A stretch of 64,000 nt of DNA. Origin: Bacteroidota bacterium. GTDB taxonomy: Bacteria > Bacteroidota > Bacteroidia > AKYH767-A > 2013-40CM-41-45. Each line of letters starts with the position of its first letter. Position 1 is the first letter of the stretch. Where the stretch lies: the NCBI GenBank assembly GCA_043747595.1, contig JAYTOX010000021.1:1371-65370 (forward strand), written 5' to 3'. A program made the position numbers and the translations under genes. The notes below the pieces were generated by a model. The model worked only from the letters and a program-made list of their open reading frames with translations, searched no databases and was not told the DNA's origin. Below, in pieces: positions 1 to 8,941 of this stretch.

Positions 1-1
1 T

Positions 2-751
2 TATTTTTCTCAAGAAAAATCAAGTGGTTCACTTACTTCTGCTTCGGTGTATGTTAGAGATTTTGAAAAGGGTAAATGGTTTGCAATCAACCCCGATGAA
101 AAATATAGTCCGGGAAGCGTAATGAAGATTATGACTCTAATCACCTTCTTGAAAGAATCTGAACGTGACCCAAGCCTACTGAATAAGGAAATTAAGTTTT
201 CAAAGCATATCTCTGAATTACCTACTCAATCAATCGTAGTTGAAGAATTACAAGAAGGAAAGTATTATTCTGTAAAGGAATTGCTTACTAGAATGATTAC
301 TGATTCAAATAACGATGCAACCGCGTTATTAAATTCAATGATGGACTTTTCTACATATTTCACAATTTTAAAAGGGATTAATCTTGACTTACCTTCAATT
401 TATCAAGCCGATTATCCCTTGACTGCTGTTCAAACTAGTCGATTGCTCCGCCTTATTTATAACTCAGGTGTATTAAGTACCGACAATTCTGAATATGCAA
501 TGACCTTGTTGTCTAAAAGCAAATTTCATGATGGAATTGAAAATTCTTTGCCAAAAGGAGTCGACATAGCACATAAGTTTGGCGAAAAATTTACCCCTTC
601 CGAACAACAATTACATGAGACTGCAATTATTTATTGTAACAACAAACCGTATCTACTCACAGTAATGACGAAAGGAACCAAGCAGGATGAATTGAAGCAT
701 GTCCTTTCTAAAGTTAGTAGTCAAGTGTGGGATTTTATGGCTTCTCGTTGA
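2..751 (+). CDS. Class A beta-lactamase-like serine hydrolase (5' truncated by window edge)
   Basis: Frame is open from base 2. SxxK (SVMK), SxN (SNN) and KTG-equivalent (HKFG) motifs, plus a C-terminal 'HETAIIY..KPYLLTVMT' typical of the family. Confidence 0.8.
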   Translation, partial: YFSQEKSSGSLTSASVYVRDFEKGKWFAINPDEKYSPGSVMKIMTLITFLKESERDPSLLNKEIKFSKHISELPTQSIVVEELQEGKYYSVKELLTRMITDSNNDATALLNSMMDFSTYFTILKGINLDLPSIYQADYPLTAVQTSRLLRLIYNSGVLSTDNSEYAMTLLSKSKFHDGIENSLPKGVDIAHKFGEKFTPSEQQLHETAIIYCNNKPYLLTVMTKGTKQDELKHVLSKVSSQVWDFMASR

Positions 752-807
752 TAGTTTAGTCATCTAATTCTTTTAAAAAGCTCCACTCTTTTTTGTATTT
801 TTCGAAC

Positions 808-2361
808 GTGAAAAGAATATTTCCCTTCTGCCGTCTACTCTGTATTTTCGTATTTCTTTCTTTTTTTTCTTTGGGACAAAAGCCAGAGAAAATAGAATTA
901 GTACATGCCGACGTAAGTGAATTTGATCAAGCCGTTAATGCAAAGGCTACTCGGCTTCTTGGAAATGTAATATTTAAACATCAAAATGCAACGATGTACT
1001 GCGATAGCGCTTACCTCTACCGTGATGAAAATAGATTAGAAGCCTTTAATAATATTCGTATCACTCAAGGTGATTCGATCACTCTTACCGGAAAGCATCT
1101 CAATTATGATGGAAATACAAAAAACGCTAGAGTTACCGAAAACGTAGTTATGTCTGATCGAAAAATGACGTTGAATACAAGTCAAATCGACTATAGTCTC
1201 GAAAAAGATATTGCTTTCTATAACGACAGCGCGCATATCGTAGATGGACAAAATACGTTGACATCTAAAATTGGTTATTTTTATAGTCAATCTCATGATC
1301 TTTTTTTTCGGAAAAATGTGCTCTTAGTCAATCCAAAGTATACGATGAACTGTGACACATTGAAATATAATACGCTGAATAAAACCGCTTACTTTTTAGG
1401 ACCAACATATATTCGATCGAAAGAAAATTTAATTTATTGTGAAAGTGGATGGTACAATACAGACTCGCAGCGGTCTAATTTCAAAAAAAATTCATACTTA
1501 CAAACAAAAGATCAAAAACTTGAAGGCGATTCTGTTTATTACGACCGATTAAAGGGAATTGGAAAAGTTTTTGGAAATGTGGCGATCACTGATACTACTA
1601 ACAAAATTATTATTGGTGGAGATTATGGCGAATATCATGAAAATACAGATAGTAGTTGGGTTACAGGACATGCAATAATGACTCAGCTAGTTGACAATGA
1701 TTCGTTATTTTTACATGGCGATACTCTGCTTGCTATCGGAAATCAACTAAATGATACTTCGAATCGAAAGAAGGACATCTTTGCATTTCATCACGTAAAA
1801 TTATTTAAAAGCGATTTACAAGGGTCTTGCGATTCATTAGTATATGCTGCAAATGATTCGACGATCCGCTTGTTTCATTCACCTATTATTTGGTCGGGGT
1901 CAAATCAATTGTTGGCCGACAGTATTACACTTCAAGTTGCGAATTCAGAGATTAAAAATATTTATTTAGTCGGTAATTCTTTTATTGCGGCCAAGGCCGA
2001 CAGCGTTGAAAATGCAAATAAAGACTCACTTCAATTCAATCAAATAAAAGGAAAAAGTATGATTGGTTATTTGACAAATAATAAACTTAATCGGATAGAC
2101 GTGAATGGAAATGGTCAAACCATTTACTATACCAAAAATAAAAAGCAGAAAAATTTTGGAGTTAATAGAGCCGAATGTAGCGACTTAATTATTTATGTTG
2201 ATGATAATAAAGTGAAAGGAATTTCATTGCTCAATGAGCCAGATGGAACTTTATTTCCAATTAAAGAGTTAGCAATTAATGAACTTAGACTAAAAGGTTT
2301 CAAATGGATGGAAGAAAATAAACCCACGAAAAAGGAAGATATTTTTATACGGAGAGAATAA
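808..2361 (+). CDS. OstA/LptA-like beta-jellyroll protein (LPS transport family)
   Basis: Signal peptide, repeated 'CDSAY/CDTL/GDSV/GDTL/CDSL/ADSI' jellyroll units and C-terminal 'LKGFKW'. GTG at 808 is preferred over TTG at 793, which overlaps a promoter-like box. Confidence 0.8.
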   Translation: MKRIFPFCRLLCIFVFLSFFSLGQKPEKIELVHADVSEFDQAVNAKATRLLGNVIFKHQNATMYCDSAYLYRDENRLEAFNNIRITQGDSITLTGKHLNYDGNTKNARVTENVVMSDRKMTLNTSQIDYSLEKDIAFYNDSAHIVDGQNTLTSKIGYFYSQSHDLFFRKNVLLVNPKYTMNCDTLKYNTLNKTAYFLGPTYIRSKENLIYCESGWYNTDSQRSNFKKNSYLQTKDQKLEGDSVYYDRLKGIGKVFGNVAITDTTNKIIIGGDYGEYHENTDSSWVTGHAIMTQLVDNDSLFLHGDTLLAIGNQLNDTSNRKKDIFAFHHVKLFKSDLQGSCDSLVYAANDSTIRLFHSPIIWSGSNQLLADSITLQVANSEIKNIYLVGNSFIAAKADSVENANKDSLQFNQIKGKSMIGYLTNNKLNRIDVNGNGQTIYYTKNKKQKNFGVNRAECSDLIIYVDDNKVKGISLLNEPDGTLFPIKELAINELRLKGFKWMEENKPTKKEDIFIRRE

Positions 2362-3387
2362 TCATTCTTCCGTTTTTCCTTCTAGAAATTCATTAATGAA
2401 AATCTTTAGTAATAGTACAAAATAACTAATGAGTAACGGCCCAAAAATTACTCCCGGAATCCCGAAGAGTTGTAGTCCAACGATCAATCCGACGATAGTT
2501 ATTAATGGATGTACATCTGCAAACTTTTTTTGAAATACTAATCTGAAAACATTATCTACTGTACCAATAACTACAATTCCATAGACAGAAATTGCGATTG
2601 CTTGCCAAGTAAGGCCTTGTGAAAGTTGATAGATAGCTGCAGGAATCCAAATTAATGCTGAACCTAAAATTGGCAGCAACGAAAAAAATCCGGTCATGAT
2701 TCCCCAAAAAAATGGTTCAGGAATTCCAAACACCCAGTAACCTACCGATGCAAAAATTCCTTGGCATAACGCAAGTAATGGAATTCCGATTGCATTGCTT
2801 TTGGTTTGACCTTCGAGCTCTTTTGCAAATTGATCGAATTTCTCTTTTGAAAATGGAATAATTCTCTCTAATAATTTTTCTATAGTACCGGTGTTAACCA
2901 ATAAATAGTAAAAAAACAAATACAACAAAGCAAGATCTGTTATGATATTCAACGATTCACCTAGAATGTTTGATATCATTCCTGTTGCAGCAGATTGCAA
3001 AGAAGTAATATTATCTGTAGTCAGTAAATGATAGCTAGTTAAATCGGCAATTTTTTGATCTGCTCGTAAAACACTTTCCATTAGGAGAGACCCTTTCGAA
3101 AATAAAATGTAGATTCTTGGGATTATCATTGATCCTATACCATAGACTGGAACAAAAACAATGAAAAAACTAATTAATGTAATCAAAAGTGCAGCTAATG
3201 ATTTCTTCCATTTTTTCACCTCGACCAATTTTCTCATCATTGGACGAAATAACACGTAAAGGATAATTGCTCCTAGAAAGCCATCCAAAAATATTTGAAG
3301 TGTAAAATAAAAAAGCACCAAACATATCAATAGGCAAGTGATTACAAATCGACGCGCAAATTTTTTATTGTATTCTTCTGCCAGCAT
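2362..3387 (-). CDS. AI-2E family transporter
   Basis: Multi-TM protein with 'DNVFR...HPLITIVGLIVGLQLFGIPGVIFGP' signature. Confidence 0.85.
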   Translation of the reverse strand: MLAEEYNKKFARRFVITCLLICLVLFYFTLQIFLDGFLGAIILYVLFRPMMRKLVEVKKWKKSLAALLITLISFFIVFVPVYGIGSMIIPRIYILFSKGSLLMESVLRADQKIADLTSYHLLTTDNITSLQSAATGMISNILGESLNIITDLALLYLFFYYLLVNTGTIEKLLERIIPFSKEKFDQFAKELEGQTKSNAIGIPLLALCQGIFASVGYWVFGIPEPFFWGIMTGFFSLLPILGSALIWIPAAIYQLSQGLTWQAIAISVYGIVVIGTVDNVFRLVFQKKFADVHPLITIVGLIVGLQLFGIPGVIFGPLLISYFVLLLKIFINEFLEGKTEE

Positions 3388-3479
3388 AAAATTTTGTTAA
3401 TACTTTTTAAATTAGGACATGTAAAATCAGTTTAATTCCCGTAGCTAAAATAATCTTTATTTTATATACTTCCACTTCT

Positions 3480-3487
3480 TATCTTTG
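3480..3487 (+). promoter_or_regulatory. Bacteroidota sigmaA -7 box (TATCTTTG) for the S4/Hsp15 gene
   Basis: Exact TAnnTTTG match 5 nt before the ATG at 3493. Confidence 0.6.
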
Positions 3488-3492
3488 GCTGA

Positions 3493-3879
3493 ATGGAAAA
3501 TCAGGACATTAAAATTCGACTTGATAAATGGTTGTGGTCGATGAGACTTTATAAGACGCGTACTCTTGCCACTACAGCTTGTGATCAAGGCAAAATCTTG
3601 ATCAACGAACAATCAGCTAAGCCAAGCCGAACCATCCATCTGAACGATCTAATTAAAATAAAAAGAACCGGTTTAACTCAAACATTCAAAGTGTTGCAAA
3701 TACCAACAACCAGAATGGCGGCCAAATTAGTTCCTGAGTTTTGCGAAGACCTTACACCTCAGGCTGATATTGAAGCCTATAAATCGCGTATTTCCAGAAT
3801 CAGTATTTATCGTGAGCCGGGAACCGGACGACCAACTAAATACGATCGACGAGCATTGGACGACTTTTTTGATTTCTAA
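3493..3879 (+). CDS. hslR: Ribosome-associated heat shock protein Hsp15 (S4 domain)
   Basis: 'RLDKWLWSMRLYKTR' S4 start and 'GRPTKYDRR' C-terminal motif. Confidence 0.85.
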   Translation: MENQDIKIRLDKWLWSMRLYKTRTLATTACDQGKILINEQSAKPSRTIHLNDLIKIKRTGLTQTFKVLQIPTTRMAAKLVPEFCEDLTPQADIEAYKSRISRISIYREPGTGRPTKYDRRALDDFFDF

Positions 3880-4025
3880 GTGCTATTTGCTTAGCTAGGG
3901 TGCAATTATTTCTCTACAATGCCGTTTAAATATTGTTAATATTTATTGGGAAAAAACCAATTTTTCAGTGGGTGATTTTATCTCATAACTGTACTTTTAA
4001 GGCAAATTCATTTCAACACCAATCT

Positions 4026-4871
4026 ATGAAATCGACTCAAGAATTAGAAAAAATTGCTTTTCAAGTTAGACGTGATATTGTTCGTCAAGTTCATTTGGCT
4101 AATTCTGGTCACCCTGGCGGATCTCTCGGTTGTGCAGATTTTCTAGTTGCTCTTTATTTTCGTCAAATGACTATTCATTCTAGTGAATTTAAAATGGATG
4201 GAATTAATGAAGATCTTTTCTTTTTGAGTAATGGTCATATTTCTCCGGCTTTCTATAGCGTGCTTTCAAGAGTAGGATATTTTGAAATTGCTGAATTAAA
4301 TACTTTCAGAAAAATCAATTCTCGCTTACAAGGTCATCCGACTACGCACGAACATTTACCCGGAGTTCGAATGGCCAGCGGATCTTTAGGACAAGGAATA
4401 AGCGTTGCTATTGGTGCTTCTCTTTCAAAAAAATTATTGAAAGACGAGCATCTCGTCTATTGTCTTTGTGGCGATGGCGAAATGGAAGAAGGTCAAATTT
4501 GGGAAGCTGTAATGTATGCCGGTGCAAAAAAAGTTGACAATATTATTGTTACTGTTGATGTAAACTTGCAGCAAATTGATGGCTCCGTTGAACATGTACT
4601 TCCTTATGGTGATTTACGACCTAAATTTGAAAGTTTTGGATGGACAGTATTGGAGATGAATGGAAATAATATGCAAGATACAATCGATACTCTTGATAAA
4701 GCTAAAGCGCTTTGTGGAAACAGTAAACCTATATGCATTCTTATGAAAACCGAAATGGGGCAAGGTGTAGATTTTATGATGGGGTCGCATAAATGGCATG
4801 GCATTGCCCCTAATGCTGAGCAAACAGAAAAAGCATTAGCACAACTCGAAGAAACATTAGGCGATTTTTAA
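4026..4871 (+). CDS. Transketolase, N-terminal (TPP-binding) subunit
   Basis: 'SGHPGGSL', 'LSNGH', 'LQGHP', 'GSLGQG' and 'GDGE...N' TPP motifs. ATG at 4026 is the likely start. Confidence 0.9.
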   Translation: MKSTQELEKIAFQVRRDIVRQVHLANSGHPGGSLGCADFLVALYFRQMTIHSSEFKMDGINEDLFFLSNGHISPAFYSVLSRVGYFEIAELNTFRKINSRLQGHPTTHEHLPGVRMASGSLGQGISVAIGASLSKKLLKDEHLVYCLCGDGEMEEGQIWEAVMYAGAKKVDNIIVTVDVNLQQIDGSVEHVLPYGDLRPKFESFGWTVLEMNGNNMQDTIDTLDKAKALCGNSKPICILMKTEMGQGVDFMMGSHKWHGIAPNAEQTEKALAQLEETLGDF

Positions 4872-6265
4872 TTTACGTTCATATCAAAAAATTTAAACTA
4901 CATAGCTTTTTTATTTTTATTGGTTTTATCTTTTTTTGCTATCATAGCTCTGCTCAGCAAAAAAATGAAAAGCCACAACTTACGCGTATTGAATTTTTAT
5001 TCGATGCTTCTCAATCGATGTATGGCAAATGGCAATCGGGTGCCAAGATCGATGTTGCTAAGCGACTTATGGCTCAACTTATGGACAGCTTAAGATATGT
5101 TAGAGATATTGAAGTTGCCCTAAGGGTTTACGGTCATCAAAAACCTTTTCCTCCGCAAGATTGCGACGATAGTAAATTGGAAGTTCCTTTTTCCAGAGGT
5201 AATATTTCGAGAATTCAGGAAGTTCTGAAAAATATTATTCCGCGAGGAACAACACCGATTGCCAAATCACTCGAATTGTGTGCAAATGATTTTCCTTCTA
5301 CTTCCTCTAGAAATATAATTATTTTAATAACTGATGGAATTGAAGAATGTGGTGGCGACCCTTGTGCAATCTCTCAAGCACTTCAGAAAAAAGGAATTTT
5401 TCTAAAACCATTTGTAATTGGATTGGGATTAGATGATCTGCTGAAGAAAACATTTGAATGTGTGGGTAGGTATTTTGATGCTACAAATGAAACTATGTTC
5501 AGAGATGCTTTGAATATTGTGATATCGCAAGCTCTTAATAACACAACTCTTCAAGTAAATTTGCTGGATGTAAATCACAACCCGACAGAGACTAATGTGA
5601 ACATGACTTTTTATGATAAGTTTACGGGACAAGACAAATATAATTTTATCCATACGATTAATTCAAAAGGCAATCCGGATACTTTGGTAATTGACCCTCT
5701 CCCCTTTTATAAAATTGTTGTTCATACTATTCCTCCTGTCTTTAAAGATTCAATATTTTTAACACCCGGGAAACATACTATCGTAGGAATTGATGCTGCC
5801 CAAGGTGATCTCTTAGTAAAATTTGACGGGCCATCTGAATATAAAAAAACACAATGTATCATCCGTCAAAAAGGTAGTTTGGTAACATTAAATGTTCAAG
5901 ATGTAAATAGCACGGATAAATATCTTGTAGGTAAATATGATTTAGAGGTTTTAACCTTGCCAAGAATTAATTTAGAGAATGTAGACGTAGCTCAATCTAA
6001 ATTGACAACTGTTGCTGTTCCTCATCCAGGTATACTTACGTTACTCACCAGTAACCAAGGTTTTGGAAGTATTTATACCTATGAGAAATCGTTGTTAAAA
6101 TGGGTTTGTAATTTGGATAGTAATGTTCCAAAGCAAACCATAATTTTGCAACCAGGTAAATATAAAGTTATTTATAGACCAAAGAATTCAAGAGAAAGTC
6201 TTTATACAATTGAAAAAGAATTTTCTGTTGTTTCTGGTGAATCAAGTATTGTTCCTTTAAATTGA
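4871..6265 (+). CDS. Secreted von Willebrand factor A (MIDAS) domain protein; start uncertain, upstream of the ORF-track ATG at 5018
   Basis: In-frame upstream sequence encodes a signal-peptide-like segment and the MIDAS 'FDASQS'. Downstream motifs are 'GTTPI' and 'ITDG.EEC.GDPC'. Confidence 0.75.
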   Translation: MYVHIKKFKLHSFFIFIGFIFFCYHSSAQQKNEKPQLTRIEFLFDASQSMYGKWQSGAKIDVAKRLMAQLMDSLRYVRDIEVALRVYGHQKPFPPQDCDDSKLEVPFSRGNISRIQEVLKNIIPRGTTPIAKSLELCANDFPSTSSRNIIILITDGIEECGGDPCAISQALQKKGIFLKPFVIGLGLDDLLKKTFECVGRYFDATNETMFRDALNIVISQALNNTTLQVNLLDVNHNPTETNVNMTFYDKFTGQDKYNFIHTINSKGNPDTLVIDPLPFYKIVVHTIPPVFKDSIFLTPGKHTIVGIDAAQGDLLVKFDGPSEYKKTQCIIRQKGSLVTLNVQDVNSTDKYLVGKYDLEVLTLPRINLENVDVAQSKLTTVAVPHPGILTLLTSNQGFGSIYTYEKSLLKWVCNLDSNVPKQTIILQPGKYKVIYRPKNSRESLYTIEKEFSVVSGESSIVPLN

Positions 6266-6276
6266 AAAAGATAAAT

Positions 6277-7248
6277 ATGAAGAAGTATACATACACAGAA
6301 AAAAAAGATACACGTTCAGGATTTGGAGCTGGATTGGTTGAATTAGGCCGTAATAATCCAAATGTTGTAGCACTTTGTGCCGACCTTACGGGCTCTTTAA
6401 AGATGGATGCCTTTGAAAAAGAATTTCCTGAAAGATTTTTTCAAATTGGAATCGCTGAAGCCAATATGATGGGAATTGCTGCAGGTTTAACAATTGGTGG
6501 GAAGATTCCTTTCACAGGAACATTCGCCAATTTTTCTACAGGACGTGTTTATGATCAGATACGTCAAAGCATCGCTTACTCGGGTAAAAATGTAAAGATC
6601 TGTGCATCTCATGCCGGTATTACCCTTGGAGAAGATGGAGCAACGCATCAAATATTAGAAGATTTAGGAATGATGAGAATGTTGCCGGGAATGGTAGTTA
6701 TTAATCCATGTGATTATAATCAAACTAAAGCCGCAACACTTGCAATAGCAGAATACGAAGGTCCGGTATATTTACGATTCGGTAGGCCTGTTGTGCCTAT
6801 TTTCACTCCTGCTGATCAGAAATTTGAAATTGGAAAAGCCCTCACTTTTAATGAAGGAGCTGATGTAAGTATTTTTGCAACGGGTCATTTAGTTTGGAAA
6901 GCAATCGAAGCCGGAGAAATATTGGCTGAGAAAGGAATTGATGCCGAAATTATCAATATACATACTATTAAACCATTAGACATTCAAGCAGTCTTAAAAA
7001 GTATCCGTAAAACAAATTGCGTTGTTACAGCAGAAGAACATCAAGTTTTTGGAGGTTTAGGTGATTCAATAGCTCATGTTATTTCTCAAAATCATCCGGT
7101 TCCTCAAGAGTATGTTGGAGTAAAAGATTCTTTTGGTGAAAGTGGTACTCCCGAGCAATTGATGGTAAAATATGGATTAGAAGCAGTGAATATTGTAGCT
7201 GCAGTTGAGAAAGTAATGTTGAGAAAAAATCAGTTGGTTAGTATGTAA
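6277..7248 (+). CDS. Transketolase, C-terminal subunit
   Basis: 'DTRSGFG', 'GIAEANM', 'GEDGATHQ', 'GPVYLR', 'TAEEH' and 'FGESG' motifs. ATG at 6277. Confidence 0.9.
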   Translation: MKKYTYTEKKDTRSGFGAGLVELGRNNPNVVALCADLTGSLKMDAFEKEFPERFFQIGIAEANMMGIAAGLTIGGKIPFTGTFANFSTGRVYDQIRQSIAYSGKNVKICASHAGITLGEDGATHQILEDLGMMRMLPGMVVINPCDYNQTKAATLAIAEYEGPVYLRFGRPVVPIFTPADQKFEIGKALTFNEGADVSIFATGHLVWKAIEAGEILAEKGIDAEIINIHTIKPLDIQAVLKSIRKTNCVVTAEEHQVFGGLGDSIAHVISQNHPVPQEYVGVKDSFGESGTPEQLMVKYGLEAVNIVAAVEKVMLRKNQLVSM

Positions 7249-7276
7249 TTGTTTTTTCTTAGTCCAAATTTAAACG

Positions 7277-7828
7277 ATGGTCGAAGAATTCAGTGATGAG
7301 GAACTCCTCCAAAAATATAAGGATGAAGGAACCAGACATTATGCTTTTAATTTATTGGTAAATAAATACCAAAAAAAACTTTATTGGCATGTTAGGCGAA
7401 TTGTAATAGATCACGACGATGCTAATGATGTAATCCAGAATGTTTTTATTAAAGTTTGGAAAGGATTAGAGAATTTTCGGAGCGACTCACAACTTTTTAC
7501 TTGGCTTTATCGTATTGCTACGAATGAATCCATTACTTTTCTCAATTCAAAAAGAAAACGATTTTTTGTTTCTTTCCATGATGTAGAAAACGAGCTTTCA
7601 GAAAAGCTCGTAAGTGATCCATTGTTCACAGGTGATAAAATCCAACTTAAACTTCAACAAGCCATATTGAAATTACCGCCACAACAACGTATAGTTTTTA
7701 ACATGAAATATTTTGAAGGACTTAAGTATGAGGAAATAGCTGCTATCCTGAATCTCTCAGTTGGTGGATTGAAAGCAAATTATCATCATGCAGTTAAAAA
7801 AATTGAAAAATATCTGATTGGTAATTAA
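7277..7828 (+). CDS. ECF (sigma-70 group 4) RNA polymerase sigma factor
   Basis: Region 2 'DDANDVIQNVFIKVW...FTWLYRIATN' and region 4 'LPPQQRIVF...YEEIA.IL..SVG'. Confidence 0.92.
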   Translation: MVEEFSDEELLQKYKDEGTRHYAFNLLVNKYQKKLYWHVRRIVIDHDDANDVIQNVFIKVWKGLENFRSDSQLFTWLYRIATNESITFLNSKRKRFFVSFHDVENELSEKLVSDPLFTGDKIQLKLQQAILKLPPQQRIVFNMKYFEGLKYEEIAAILNLSVGGLKANYHHAVKKIEKYLIGN

Positions 7829-7852
7829 ACCTTTTTGCACTTACAGCATCTA
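7826..7852 (+). promoter_or_regulatory. Putative ECF-type promoter TAAACC-N15-CATCTA
   Basis: AAAC/-35 and CATC/-10-like boxes overlap the sigma stop codon, 7 nt before the next ATG. Confidence 0.45.
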
Positions 7853-7859
7853 ATAAACA

Positions 7860-8402
7860 ATGAAAAAGGAAGAAAACATAGAAAAAATGTTGAATAATAT
7901 GCTAGAATCGTCTACTACAGATTCTGCATTTTCTACTCCGGTAAATTATTTTTCCGTGTTGCCTTCCGATATCACAAATTCAATTCAGAAAATTTCTTCT
8001 CTTTCTCTAGAAAATCCTACCATTGAGGAATTTCCCTTTGAAATTCCTGATCATTATTTTGAAAACTTAAGCAGCCAAGTTAGCAATCGCATCAAGTCGA
8101 AGAATGAAACAAAGAATAGTATATTCGTTTTATTGAAGCATACTGTGTTTACTCCCTCACTGCTTTCTGCAGCTATGGTAATTATCGGTTTCTTTTACTT
8201 TCAACGACCTCAACAAATAATAATTAACCATCCGGTATATAGTGTTCAAGAGTTTGGAGATTCAAAATATTTGGACGCACTCAATGAAAATGATTTAATT
8301 GATTTTCTTTCAGATCAAGGGCTTGAAAAAGAAAATAATGAGTTGGAACAATATCTACTCGATAATAATGTTGATGCTTCACAATTGGAAATAATTCTAT
8401 GA
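7860..8402 (+). CDS. Putative single-pass anti-sigma factor
   Basis: Follows the ECF gene. Two F-x-x-P-x-x-YF repeats, one central TM (LLSAAMVIIGFFYF) and an acidic C-terminus. Confidence 0.6.
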   Translation: MKKEENIEKMLNNMLESSTTDSAFSTPVNYFSVLPSDITNSIQKISSLSLENPTIEEFPFEIPDHYFENLSSQVSNRIKSKNETKNSIFVLLKHTVFTPSLLSAAMVIIGFFYFQRPQQIIINHPVYSVQEFGDSKYLDALNENDLIDFLSDQGLEKENNELEQYLLDNNVDASQLEIIL

Positions 8403-8884
8403 AAAAATATCTACTCATTGCTTTAATAATTATTGGTATTACTAAAGATTCGTATTCACAACGAGGTGGTTTTCGAGGACAGGAACGCAGACCGATGCGT
8501 GAAAAAGTTGATGCTATGAAAATCGGTTACCTCACAAATTTTTTAGACTTGACTACAGAAGAAGCTAAGAATTTTTGGCCTGTTTATAATAAATATCAAG
8601 ACGAGTTGAATCAACTTCGTAAAAGCAGAAGGGATAATCTTATGAAAGGTCAGGTAGCCATTGATTCTATGTCTGATGCAGAATTGGAGAAAATCGTTGA
8701 TGGTGAATTGGCCTTCCACCAAAGTGAAATTGATATTCAAAAAAAATATCATCCACAATTCAAAAAAGTACTTCCGATGAAAAAAGTAGCTAAGCTTTAT
8801 CGGGCTGAAGAGGAATTTAAAAAACAACTGCTTCAAATGATTCGCGACAAACGAAAAGATGATAGACAAGAAATGAAGCAATAA
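8399..8884 (+). CDS. Periplasmic helical Spy/CpxP-like protein associated with the ECF locus
   Basis: Signal peptide, 'LDLTTEEAKNFWPVYNKY' and 'KVAKLYRAEEEF'. Overlaps the previous gene by 4 nt. Confidence 0.65.
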   Translation: MKKYLLIALIIIGITKDSYSQRGGFRGQERRPMREKVDAMKIGYLTNFLDLTTEEAKNFWPVYNKYQDELNQLRKSRRDNLMKGQVAIDSMSDAELEKIVDGELAFHQSEIDIQKKYHPQFKKVLPMKKVAKLYRAEEEFKKQLLQMIRDKRKDDRQEMKQ

Positions 8885-8901
8885 GCAAGAAAATAATTCT
8901 C

Positions 8902-8933
8902 AAAAAAAAAGCACTCCAACGAGTGCTTTTTTT
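8902..8933. terminator. Bidirectional intrinsic terminator
   Basis: A9-GCACTC-caac-GAGTGC-T7 between convergent genes. Confidence 0.85.
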
Positions 8934-8941
8934 GTTTTTAT

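Noticed and set aside
3933-4025. ORF-track N-terminal extension of transketolase (similar cases at 793, 6262, 16207, 35476, 46726, 46850, 57205)
   Set aside because: The extensions run through promoter-like or intergenic sequence, and family-typical N-termini begin at the downstream start.
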